64,000 bases of DNA from Paragordius varius (lineage: Eukaryota; Animalia; Nematomorpha). The stretch spans positions 10,354,001-10,418,000 of the forward strand of contig OZ176051.1 of the NCBI GenBank assembly GCA_964247055.1. The letters are read 5' to 3'. Position 1 is the first letter of the stretch. Every line of letters begins with the position of its first letter. A program made the translations under genes and the position numbers. The notes beneath the pieces are model-generated. The model was not told the DNA's origin, searched no databases, and worked only from the letters and a program-made list of their open reading frames with translations. Of the stretch, positions 23,601 through 36,200 are shown piece after piece.

Positions 23601-25341
23601 ATTTATTTGCGCAAAACGTTCTTACCTCCGCCAATTTGTTTTGAATCCCAGGGACATCCCAAGAGCCAAACTTAAGAAGATGTGAGGTAGACAAGGATTT
23701 AGATAAAGTAATTTGCAACGCTTGAATATCGATAAGTGTAGCATGGATGTGAAAAGCGCATTTTCCAAACCCATAAATCAAAATTGATATTCACATCAGA
23801 TCATGTTTTGTAATTTTGCGACTCAGCGTGTATTAACGCGTGGTAGGGAATTGATATTGAGTAAAAATATTTGCTGAAGCATGAAGAAATGATCAAAGTT
23901 TGATTATCCATAATTCAGCTTTTATCAAAACAACTATATTGCATCATTTATCGTACTATTTAATTTTATTACTCCGTTTCTGTATTCATATGTCTATCCC
24001 ACATCCCCTTAAGTTTAGCTCTTGGAATGTCCCTGGGATTCAAAACATATTGGTGGAGGTAAGAACGATTTGCGCAAATAACTCTCTTAAGCTTCTTTGC
24101 CTTCAGGAAACTCGCTGCACCTTCGATGGTCGCCAAAATTAGGGTCAACACTTCACCCTCTTCAGCAGCAAAGCAAATGGTATGTCTGGAGGTGTCGGAT
24201 TCTTGGTAAGGCGTAATATTCTGCGACGGGTTATTAACTTTGTGCTGCATTCCCATAGATTGACCGAACTTCAAATAAAAATCAGCACTAAATACTATAC
24301 GCTTATTAGCGCTTACGGCCCTCATGATATCTCAGAATATCCTGAATTTTTGAATGATCTAGGATCCGTTCTGGATTCGGTTCCGACACAAAAACCGATA
24401 TCCTGCCTCTCATGCTGGGAATACCGAGTCTGAATGTGGTAGCCCATCAGCGTGCCACAATGAAGTGAGCCCGCTTAAGGCAACACTGGAATAGAAACTG
24501 GATGCCCGCCCAGCCTATTGGAAGTACGAAAAAACATGGCTTGGACTGTATGCTTACGGAGACAGACTTTGTCACTCTGGTGCTAAATAGGGGTTGGAAC
24601 AAAAAGATGCAATCAAATTAAGAAAAAATTATTAAAGGAAGAGAAAAGACTTCATTACGCCACCTTCAAAGACTATCTGCAAAAAGGGCGGGTTCGATGG
24701 GGAATAGTTTGTGGTTGATTGTAACCATAAATACTTTGATAGGGGGAAATTGCATATAATTTAATATTACTATTACTTTTAATTTATCTGTCTACATGTT
24801 TTACTGTATATACCCTTAGAAGCACCCAACAAGGAAGTGGGTCCCCCTGTTCTGAAGCGTGTAAAAGCGCCAGGAAGGCGGTAAGGGTCGTCCTGTGTGG
24901 ACAGTGGCGGTTGTAACTATGCTTGTCACATCCTTACCTGGATAAGTTGAATAATTTAGGTATAAATAATAAACTTACATCTTCATATTTAACCCAATAT
25001 TCTTCGGGGAGATAATTTTGTATGGTACTAGCGTGAAGTGCGCGCATTAAACGATGTTGACGAGCCATATAAACATCTTCAGGTAATCGTTTAAGTGCCT
25101 CCTTAACCACTGGAAAACTATCGTGATAAACATCGTCAGATAACAATCCTTAAAAATATCAATTTTTAAAATATTCGATTAATACAGATTATTTTAAATA
25201 TGATCATTATAGCGAAAAATTATATACCATATTTGTGGTGGCCTTCAAGATTGTATCTCAACTTTTTTAAAGCATGTGGAATAACTATCAGATTAAGATA
25301 AATATAAAACCTCCCTTCCCAGATATAACGCGAGAAGCCAT
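20663..25341 (-). CDS. UQCRB: Cytochrome b-c1 complex subunit 7 (QCR7)
   Basis: Exons 25341-25311, 25284-25228, 25148-24979 and 20740-20663 give MASRVISGKGVIPHALKKLRYNLEGHHKYGLLSDDVY...KEALKRLP...RLMRAL...LPEEYWVKYEDDTHYLQPFIEEVMAEMREKNDWNSR*. Confidence 0.92.
21345..22200 (-). pseudogene. Decayed mariner-family transposase relic in UQCRB intron 3
   Basis: Minus-strand fragments VSGIEKWVCFD (cf. VTGDEKW), GIVHY..TINSQRYRQ and C-terminal GIHILERWVKCVEADGQYFE. Frameshifted; TIRs not recognised. Confidence 0.7.
22717..23693 (-). mobile_element. Internally deleted non-LTR retrotransposon (APE endonuclease fragment plus 3' part), left copy
   Basis: SWDVPGI...LCFQETR...GGVGFLV...ISAYGP is the N-terminal half of an AP-endonuclease typical of RTE/L2/CR1-type LINEs. 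Reverse complement of 23991-24959. Confidence 0.8.
23991..24959 (+). mobile_element. Internally deleted non-LTR retrotransposon, right copy (inverted relative to the left copy)
   Basis: SWNVPGI...LCLQETR, GGVGFLV, ISAYGP with a frameshift. Shares the same downstream blocks as the left copy. Confidence 0.8.
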
Positions 25342-25360
25342 ATGCTTATGCGTATGATCA

Positions 25361-25940
25361 ATGATTATATTAATTACAGGTGTTCCAGGAGTCGGTAAAA
25401 CTACGTTAGTCAAAAAGTTAACTCAAAATTTAAAAAATTTCTCCGGATTAAGAAACGAAAGTAATACTAGAATTGGTTTTAAGATTTGCACATTTGATGG
25501 ATATAGTCAGAATTTAGCAACCCTAAAGTTTATTATTTTTATAGTATTGTAGTGGATCGGGTCCAAAAATTGAAAATACGTAGTTCACATCAATAGTATC
25601 AATTCAATTATTAGGTCCATTAATAAAGTTTCCGCATATATTAACTTAAGAATGTCAATTTGTATATTGTAGATGAAATCGGTAAAATGGAACTATTATC
25701 AAATAATTTTAAAACTTTTATATCTGACATTATACAAAGGGCAGAAAATGGACCTATGCATTTGATCGCCACAATACCACTAAAATCAAATGATCCCATA
25801 ATCACAAATTTAAAATATAAACATAAAAATAATTTATTTACAGTAAATGCATAATATATTTCTACATATAGTTAACTTTTTCGAATAGAGAAAATATAGA
25901 AGATACAATATTGCACAAAATTGGACCATTTATGATATAA
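25361..25940 (+). CDS. NTPCR: Nucleoside-triphosphatase THEP1/NTPCR family (NTPase_1); frameshifted as assembled, possible pseudogene
   Basis: ITGVPGVGKTT P-loop, RIGF, IVDEIGKMEL, ATIP, SNREN. Introns at 25528-25552, 25628-25650 and 25843-25871. A 1-nt frameshift lies near 25572 and the usual FYTEE segment is missing. Confidence 0.8.
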
Positions 25941-26481
25941 ATACATTAAAATTTATAATCTATTATATTGACAAATTTATATAAAAATTGCACGGTTGTA
26001 TTTAAACAATATGCGTCTCAGGTATTGCATAAAGTTGTCTCACTACTTTATAGTTATTAGATGTCCTTGCATCGTTTGCATAATTCCTGTCAAGATTATC
26101 TAAATCATTCTATTATAATAAATAATTATGTATTGTATATCAAAAAATAAAGATATGGCTATTTACACCTACAAAAATTAAAAATTAGTAATTAAATAAA
26201 GTAACATATCATTTTGCTGTGAAAAAAATATCTCAAAGTAACAGACTTTAGGTAATTAATCAAAACATGTAAGCCTTAACATTCACACTGCGAGTAAACC
26301 TACATTGTAAAACTATTGAATATTGTCAAGCATTTGCAATCAAATATCTATTGGTTTAAAAATAAATGCTAATATGTATATTTACATCTGATGTTGTAAA
26401 ACGTAAATGTAAAATATTTAGTATCAAATATAGCTGATCATTTTCGATTTTAAAAACTATTAATATTTTAAAGATAACAAT

Positions 26482-29400
26482 CTAAATAGGCATCACTTGT
26501 AATGGGTACTGATTAGATGTGCCAGCCATTATTTCAACATTACCATAATACACAGGATCATCGTCTTCAAAACCATAGTTTATAGCCGGTTTAAATGGTG
26601 AATTAACAACATTAATATTTCCAGATGTATTTGGTTGGATTCCCATATTAGGGCGTTTAAAACGGTTATATTGTATAACATTATTCATATCATTAGGATT
26701 ATTACTATCATTTGGTTCTTGTACGTTGTTATTTGGAAACCATTCAGTTATACGATGTTTGCACCGTGAAACGAAATAGGTTAAAAGACTTGCCAAACCC
26801 AATAGGGTTAGTAAGCCTAGGATAGCTATTAACCAATTTATGTTACGATTTTGTCTCTCCTTTTCCATTTCGCTTAGGGGTGAGTTTATGCCTAAGTGTA
26901 AGTTAAAAAAAATTGTTTTTTTAAAAAAACCGTAATAAAGAAAAAGATTGCTTATATTATAACATAATATTATAAGTGGGTAGAATACTGTGATATTTCA
27001 ACTTTTAAGGGTTTTTTTCTCCCAAAAAGAAGGTAACCCTAATACTGTGATCTAAATTTACTATTTATGACACTTATTAATAATTCATGATTATCAATCA
27101 CTAAAAAATAGCTATGCAGTTATTTTATTTTTGTGATAAAACTGACCTATATAAGATTTACGCAACACTATTTTGAAACGTAAAACCTTAAAAAACGTAA
27201 AACTGTATGATAATGCTACTTGACTTGTAAATACTCTTTAAAAATTTAAAATAGATGTGGGGAAAGGGTTAACTATATTTCCTTTAATAAAAAAACATAA
27301 ATTTTACCATTTTCCCATTCAGCAGGTGTAATTAAATTTGAATCGGTCGAAGGTAGTATTTGTTGAGAATTTAAATTCAAACCGCCGCCGCCTAAATTAA
27401 ATGTTAAAGTGTCATAATTAACACTTTTATCGTAGAATGATGATCGTGATTGGGCTGGATGATGCATTTGCAAATTTTTCGTAAAATAACCAGCAAGCCA
27501 GGAGTTCCATAAAAGTTGATTAACATACTTATTTTCAAACAAGGGCCACCATTTTTTACCATTCTCAGGTGTAAGTCGTTGTTTTTGTTTTAAAAGCGGG
27601 TCCACAATTATGGGTGGAGTTACATTTAGTGACGAATAAAAAGCATATTGAGTTTGAAGGTTCGTTGGAGTTATTTGCGTAAATAATTGAGAACAATCAC
27701 GCATCAAATGATTTATCATAGTACCATTATCCTCCAGGATAATTGAATGACTTAAACATGGGTGAGCATATACACCTATAATATATTTTATATATATATG
27801 CCAAAAATTAATATTTAATGAGAGAATATTTTAGGGAAAATTCAATTATAATTATTGGAAATTAAAAAAATTTATTGTCCAAAAAATGGCTTTGATACGT
27901 TAAAATAAAACAAACAAAAATAGTTATTTGTTAATCTTTGCCTAATCCGTTTTCCGAAATTAAATGATTAATTCTATATTATTTATAAAAAAAATTTCCT
28001 TAATCATACTGTTGTAAAACTAATATATGGTATTAATTAATATACAGACAATTTATAGTAGCATTTAATTAACATAATCCTTGGTTTAAGTACATCAACA
28101 TATTTTAAATATATATATATAACCAACTTGTTTGAGTTGCATCCAACAATTGACATAAAGCCGGTAAATTTTGATTATACCACCAAGTTGGAATCAATAG
28201 TTTTCCACTTAGTTCCATAAATAAATTAATACTGTTGCTTATATTATTAATGCATGAAACATTGGTTTCTACAAACGAAGCATTTGAAAATTTTTTAACC
28301 AGAGGTTGTGTTAAATGATGATTTTCTACCAACCAATATGGCAGTATAGTTGTAAAAGATAAATTTGAAATTTGTGTATTTCCTTCGCTTAAATTGGCAT
28401 ATGATGAAATATTTAGGATTGGAATGTTAGATACAGTATGAGCTAAAAGGGTAGATGTGTAGGGCTCAGGCTCAGGCAAAGTAAAATTATGATGATTGGG
28501 ATCAAATGCATAGTTGAATGGAGTTATATTTGTGTCACTTATCATAGTAGTGGTATTATTCATAAATGCAGAAATAAAAATACTACTGGTTAAGTTATTA
28601 CCAGGTGTTGCAGTATTATTAAAATTATAAAAAGGATACGAATAAGCTATTTTTGACATATTTTGGTTCATTGCATCATTTATGGTGTTTGCAACTACAT
28701 TAGCAGAAGAATAAAAAAAATTTATCGTAGGTTTTGTTGTGGTAAATAATAGATTTTGAGAAGAATTGAGTGTAGCTTTATCCATAAACATGGAATTATT
28801 ATTATTAGTAAAATTAACGGGTGTTTTGGTTATAATATCATGAAAAAAATGCGACAAAAAATTATAGGACGAGGACCCATATGAAAAATCATTAGGCATC
28901 ATATAATAACTTTTATTCCATGACTTGTTTTGTTGTTTTTCTGGCTTAATAACGGTGTATCGCGTCAAATTTAACATAGGATCATTCGAAAAAGTGTTTA
29001 AATTGATAGTTGTGGTATCATTAAGAGATATTGTATTGCTATTTTCTTGTTGCTTATTATTAGTAGTGTTGGCTGATAGAGGGGATGTATTAAACACTGG
29101 GTTAGCAAATATACTCAAGCTTGATTCTGAAGCGTTATTTTGTGGTTTTCCAAATAAAGGAACAGTTTCATTTATTGTCAAAGTATTATTTGACAAATCC
29201 CTTAGCATATGAGAGATATTGAGTATGCGTGAGGAATTCACAAAAACATTGTTATTTGAGGTTGCAGATATAATTTTTGAAACAAAAGTTTCATTATTGA
29301 TTATGGGTATATTTGAGTTTTCAGTTTTATTTGTGGATGGGTATAATGTATTGGTAGTTTGGTAAAACCTGTGTAATAAAAAAATAAATTTATGCGATGA

Positions 29401-30193
29401 TAAAAAAAATTTAAATCATAAATATTTAATTACCTGCCATACAATGTAATATTGTAAATGTAAAAATATGTTATTGTAGTTTGATTTGACCAATGAAAGG
29501 TTATGCGAATGGCTTTGACCGGTTTTTCCGATAAATTAATACTAAGGACAATATAAAATAATAATTTTTACGAATTTTAGAAAAAATTTAAATTTAATAT
29601 AAAAATGTTTACAAACCAAAAAGTATACTTTTCATCATTTTTTGGACATTCTGAGGTATTGTAGGTAAAGATACAACTATTGACGTTATATAATTGAGAC
29701 CATAGTTTGAGAGGATCATTGTATTTTTCAATAACAATTTTAATTGGTGTTGGATATGAAACTTGCATATATATGTAATTTATCTGAGAAATTAGAGAAA
29801 ATATACCTGAGATACATTGGATAATTCTAATTGGATTGAAATCTTATTATTAAATATAGGAATGGCTATGTCAGATCCATATATATTTTGTTGGACCAAA
29901 AATCTTTTTATATTCCTTAAAGGTAATGTATCGAGAGAACTTATTTTATCACATTCAAAGATTTTTGATGAATTTGCATTAATCATAATAATATTTTTTA
30001 ATTTCAAAATATTGCAATCTTTGGAATATGTATTACCGCATTTGATCAAATCATCACATAGCGTTTGCAGGCTAGAATCCAAGAACCAATAGTAACGAAT
30101 ATTATTTATAGGTAATAAAATGATATTACAAAATATTAAATTAATTATACAAAAAATAAAAAATTGATAAGAAAACCAAAAGGTACGCTTCAT
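26482..30193 (-). CDS. Orphan single-pass type I membrane glycoprotein, 922 aa, with a mucin-like Asn/Thr/Ser-rich stalk
   Basis: Six phase-consistent exons: 30193-29807, 29783-29629, 29541-29434, 29368-28128, 27775-27308 and 26891-26482 (2769 nt). Hydrophobic N-terminal signal, many NxS/T sequons, TM WLIAILGLLTLLGLASLLTYFV and a cytoplasmic tail. Confidence 0.75.
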
Positions 30194-30241
30194 CTGTTTA
30201 AAGGAAACTATAAAAAACAAGGTGCTTTTGTTGAATCAAGC

Positions 30242-33200
30242 ATGAGTGCAGGCGAGGTTTTTACATATATATCATTTTAAAGGATCTACGTTTTGCACAC
30301 ATTTTAAATGATCCAAAATACAAGAATATTAGTAAAAAATCCAAGAAAGTTCCGATTGATGACAGATTTCATGGCATGTTTGCCGATAAAAAGTTTAAAA
30401 TAAAGGGCAAATATGATAAGCGTGGTCGGAAAACTAACGTAACGTCCAAAGAAAATATGGAAAAATTTTATGATATAAATGAAAGCGAAATGCCAATGAA
30501 ACAACTTTCAAATGCATCCTCAAATGAAGAATTATCCGCAACGGATACCGATGATATGACAGGTAACCAAAATAATTCGTTAATTAATATTATTTGGTTT
30601 CATCACCAAGTATTATAATAGCATAAGTTATGAAAAAGTTGTGTTTTTATAATAGTTAAACCTGATAAAGTTTGTAACGGTCGACCAAACATATATATAA
30701 TTGAACACCTTTTCACCTTTTATTTATGTAACGAGGCCAACTACATATAAAACCATATAATTATCATAATATGTAAACATATTGTCTTTTATATTTTATC
30801 AAACAACTTTATAATTCTTCATCGACTTACTTGTTAAAACTCTTCCAAATATCAAAATTATACTTGTTTTATTTACCATATTACATACACTAATATCTTA
30901 CAATTATAATAACAAATATGAATTTAAGCTTACCACATCAAAATGAACGATTTTGCCTAAATTTTGACTTAATTATTACTCAGTAGTATGATAAAAAACA
31001 ACTCTTGCACTAGACAATATTCTAGAGTATTTCCAACATTTACGATTGTTTAATTATGAAACTATTTCCGACACCACATGTTAATTATTATTTTTTTTCA
31101 GATTCATTTTTTTTTCAAAATATGATATATTTTACCATAATTATTTTGTTATATTTTAAGATGAGGAAGAAAGCAATATAGAACACAACTGGGGAGAATT
31201 CGATGCCGATTGTCCTGAAATCGAAAATTCAACTGCCAGGTTAGCCCTGTGCAATATTAATTGGGAAATGATTGTGGCCAAAGATATTTACAATCTTATG
31301 GAATCTGTAAAACCTCTGACTGGCAAAATATTATCTGTTAAAGTACTTATTTTCGTTATAAATATAAAATTGCTTTCAAAAAATTGTTTGTTTTATTGTT
31401 TAAGAATGCGTTAAATGTTTGATTCTATATTTGATGGGATGTAAAAAAAATTATTAATTTATATTACAAAGGTACTATCTCCTTCCTAATTTCTCTAAAT
31501 TTGCATTTTGTTTCATGTATTTTATCTTATTGTCGGTAAAAAGGTAAAATAAATATTTTACAGTCCGATAAATTATCTGCAAAAGACTTATTTTTGAAAC
31601 TGCCTATTTATATGCTCACTGAATATATCTACAAACAAAAAATGGTCGTAAATTAAACACCTAAACGTTTAATCAAAATATATAAAAAGAAATTATTTTA
31701 GAAATAAATATATAATTATGGGCTTATGCGGTAAGTTTAGTAAAGACAAAAAAATACTTAATAATTTTGCATACTTTTTAATTTTAATATTATGCCGAAA
31801 TTAAATTTTTCTAGATGAAAAATAAATGCGCAAATCCATGGACCCGAATACATATTAACATGGGTCATGAAAATGCTTTAACACTCGTTTACCTAGGATT
31901 GATTTATTTTATGATTTGCTCATAAAATATATTTATTTTTTTTTCTCTAACTAGAATGAAAATAAAATTATAATATAATTCCATTAATTTCCATTTTTAT
32001 GATTAAAATAATTTACCCATATAATTAGTTTGATTCTTGTCTTATCCTCGGATAACATTTTCCCCTTTTATCTTTAAGGTTTATCAATCGGAATATGGTA
32101 AGCGCATGAAACAAATTGAAGAAACCCAAGGCCCTTTTGCCCTTATACAACAGTTACAATCTCAAAAACAGTCACAAAATACTCTGGAAAAAAGTTTGCC
32201 TTTATCAAATTAAAATATAAACTTTTAGCTTTAAGGTTAACTTTTATTTTATTACCCAGGTGATAGTGACGAAAATGAGTCTGAAGAGGAGAATGTTGAT
32301 ATGGAAAAACTACGATTATATCAAATTAATACGTATTAATTATATATTTTAATATTTTGTTTTTATAAACCACACAAACTAATTTCGATTTAAAACAGCA
32401 TTTATATCTCGTGTTGATATATAATCAAAAATTATGATATAATAATTATACCATTTACAATTCAATCTCCCTAAAACAATTCGAATTCTCCCTCGAACAA
32501 TTCAAATTCTCCTTCAAACAATTCAAATTCACCCTCAAATAAATTATATGTTTTATAAGATTAAAAATTACCTATATTTCAATATATTTTTAATAAATAT
32601 TTTTTTTTAAAATTAAATTATTAAAACAACTATGCCATAAAGATATATTAATCTTAATAATGAGTTAAATGGCTTCGAAAACACTAGGGGGAATTTAAAT
32701 TATTCAAGGGTAAATTTAAATTGTTTGATGTTATATTTGAATTGTTCAGGGTGAATGTGAAATGTAAATGGTGTATGTTAAAAATACTAAATTTTGTATT
32801 TATAAAACTTTATATTTCATTATATTTTATCTGTTTATGATAGGATGAAATATGCATACGCTATAATAGAATGCGACTCTCCACAAACTGCCGAACATTT
32901 ATATCGAGAATGCAATGGTTTTGAATTTGAGAAAACATCAAACATAATAGATTTAAGGTATTTTTCCCCACCAAATATTGTAAATATTGGCATTTTTTTC
33001 TAACTAATTTGCGGATTTTATTTTTTTGAAAAAGATGACGGATTAACTTTTAATTTAAATATGTTTAAATATTGTCTTATAATTTATATGGAACAATTAA
33101 AATTCTCTCTCAGTTTTGAAAATAGTTTTTCAACTAAAGTTTGTACATTTATTAATTGCGATTCAGATAATTTGGGCTTAAGACATTTACTTTTTAGGTT

Positions 33201-36200
33201 GTTAAATTAGGAAAAATTTATACGGAGTGTTTCTAAAAATTTTAACAATTTACGTATTAAAATGGTATTTCTCCTTAAAATTATATTTCAACTACACATG
33301 TTATTTGATATTACCTATACAGTTCGAATTCACCCTCAAACACTCAAATTTATTCTTGAAGAATTCAAATTCATTTAAAAATATATTATGTGTTTTCGAA
33401 CTAATATAACTCATTATTAATATGAAATATATCTTTATGGCATATTTTATTATTTTCAGTATTATTTTAAATATAAAAAATTATTTTTTAAAAATATACA
33501 AAAATATAGGTAATTTTTAATCTTTTAAAAATCACATAATTTATTTGAGGGTTAATTTGAATTGTTCAAAGGTTGATTTGAATTGTTTTAAGGGTGAATT
33601 TGAATTGTAAATGGTATATGTATTTCGTTTTTGTAGATTAATCTTTTTTTATTTATTTCTTTGATTAGATTCGTTCCAGATGACACGCAATTCGAACCTG
33701 GTGACATACTTTCCCAAATGAGTTTGGAACAAGCCACATCCGGTTTCAATGATGACTGTGATGATTTAACACAAATAATAACTAAAGTTCCCTCAAAAGG
33801 TTTTATCGGAAAAAACGGCGCTGGTATAACGCAAACACCAGTTATGATGACAGAAAATAAAGTAAAGATATTTACCAATAAAACATTAAAAATATCGATA
33901 CAAATATTTTTACAACAATATTTAATTTTTTCCTTTATATATTTAAATATAATTTTGAATTTTATCATCGAGGGCATTAACATATTTTACATCTCTTACC
34001 CCATTCATTATAAAACGATGATTTTTTTAAGATTTTAAAAATTTAGACAAAAAATATGTTTTACATTTATTTATAATACTTACATTGGCAGTGTTTGAGT
34101 CAAACGCATTTCGATATCGCATGGGATCAAACTGATGCAAAACGCCGAGCCCTACTTCAAAGTAGTCTACTATCAGCAACTTTGTATGGTCTTGAGGGAG
34201 GTCGGTTTGATAAAGTATGAATTTACCTTTTTGCTTTTTAAACCATAAAATCTTTTTTTTTCAAAAAAACGAACTTTCATAAAGCATATCAATTTAGTTT
34301 TGATTAGATAAGATTTTTCTCATTTTACCCTTAGTGGTAAAAATGTATATAATGAATCCAACAGTTTTTCAGCTTAAGTTTTGATAAGGTAAAAGGTTTC
34401 GTATTTTAATTAAAATCAATCATTTCTTCATTTCCTGTTTAAATTAACTGAATGCCATGTCTTTTTTGCTATATCAAATAATAGACAATTTTTTTTTATT
34501 TTTGCCCATATAGATTGGAAAAAGTCGAAATAGTAACAAAGAAAAGAAAAAACTTAAAAAACAACTCATATCTCAACTAACCAATGATGGCATTATAGAT
34601 GGTATAGAAAGTCAAAATACATCAGAGGACACTGATAATACACAACCGGATTCAAATGTAAAAGTCAAGAAAAAAACTAAAAAAGCGGGTAAACTGGTTA
34701 AAAAACCTGGGGCATCTTTGAATTTAGATCAATTTTTAGCATCACCCTCATCTGCCGAAGAAACTGACATAGATCAAACTTATATGTATTTTTTTGAAAA
34801 AAAATATGTTTTTTATTATTGACATTATTTGTGGAAAAATATAAATTTGTAAAATATTTAATACATATTTTTTAGAACAAATAAGTTTTTATAAATAATA
34901 AATGAGAAAAATAATTTTAACTAAATGTATGTTCAGTAAAAAGTCCTATTTTTTAATGTTTCGTAACTTTTGTGAATATAATTGTGAATGGAGTATTACC
35001 AATTTGCATCCCTATATATTTTACAACTCATATCAATAGCTAAAATTTAAAAAATAAGCGTTTTAAAGGCTTACCTTTCTTTTTCAAAAATATTTGTTTT
35101 CTAGTGTTTACGTTTGGCAATTATAATTTATTTTTTTTAATTATGATATCTCTAATACCATTTAATTTTACATACATTTATTTTTATAGCCCGGATAGAT
35201 CAGATAAACCTCAGGATTCACAAGTTTTAACTAATGCAATAAATAATTCCACCACATCCGTGCCCGATAAATATCAAAAATATCGGGAACTTTTAAAATC
35301 TGCCCTTACAAGCAACACTGATAAAATAAATACCTCTTGTGACTTTAATAAAGAAGACGATGCGAATAATGATGATTTTTTCAATCAAACTACCCTGCTG
35401 TCTGAAAGTGAGACCGAGGAGGGTGAAAAATTACCTCTAAATTTGGTAAAAGACCGACATTCTCATGTGATAACTGGAAATAATCCGAAATCTAAAATGA
35501 AAAAACTTGTAAATGGTTTAAAGACAAATTGTGATGGAAGTATGTCTATGACATGGAATCCTGGTTTGAATTAAAATATATACTTTGTTGTTTTCAACAT
35601 TATATCGAACTATCTAGAAAAGTGGTTTTTTATGCGTTAAAATTAGGAAAATAATCGAAATTACTATGCTTTTTAGATTAATAAACTATTTTTTCCTATA
35701 ATTTTTGGCAAAGCCAATCTTCTAAATTTACCTATAAACGGTAATGTTTTATATTTTAAGCTAAGATTTGATATACTTCATTGTTTTCATAAAGCTTATG
35801 TCGATTGAAAGCATTAAAATTTTTGTTTTAATAAAATAGAATAGTATTGTTAGCAATATAATTATAATCTTGACTTGTAATAAACAATATAAAAATTTAT
35901 TGCAGCTTTGATACTTTTTATTTATAATTGCTATTTACCAATGTAGTTTTCATACCAAGTACAAAAATCTATACAATGGTGTGAAATTGGTTTTAATTAA
36001 ATTATTTTTTTTATTTGCGCTTATAGTTGAACCGCAAAAATATTATCACGTCTGATTACAAACGAATTTTGTTTTATTATAAAATTATGTTTTATTTACA
36101 CAATTAGAGACTGTGTTAATTAATTTAGCAAAGAGCTGTATATATCTTTTCTTTTACTCCTGCAGTATATATAAATCAATTCTTCTATAGTGCAAAAATA

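Noticed and set aside
22717-24959. A single large TIR (foldback) DNA transposon
   Set aside because: No TSD flanks the pair, the arms are diverged and each encodes a LINE endonuclease fragment. Two LINE-derived copies explain it better.
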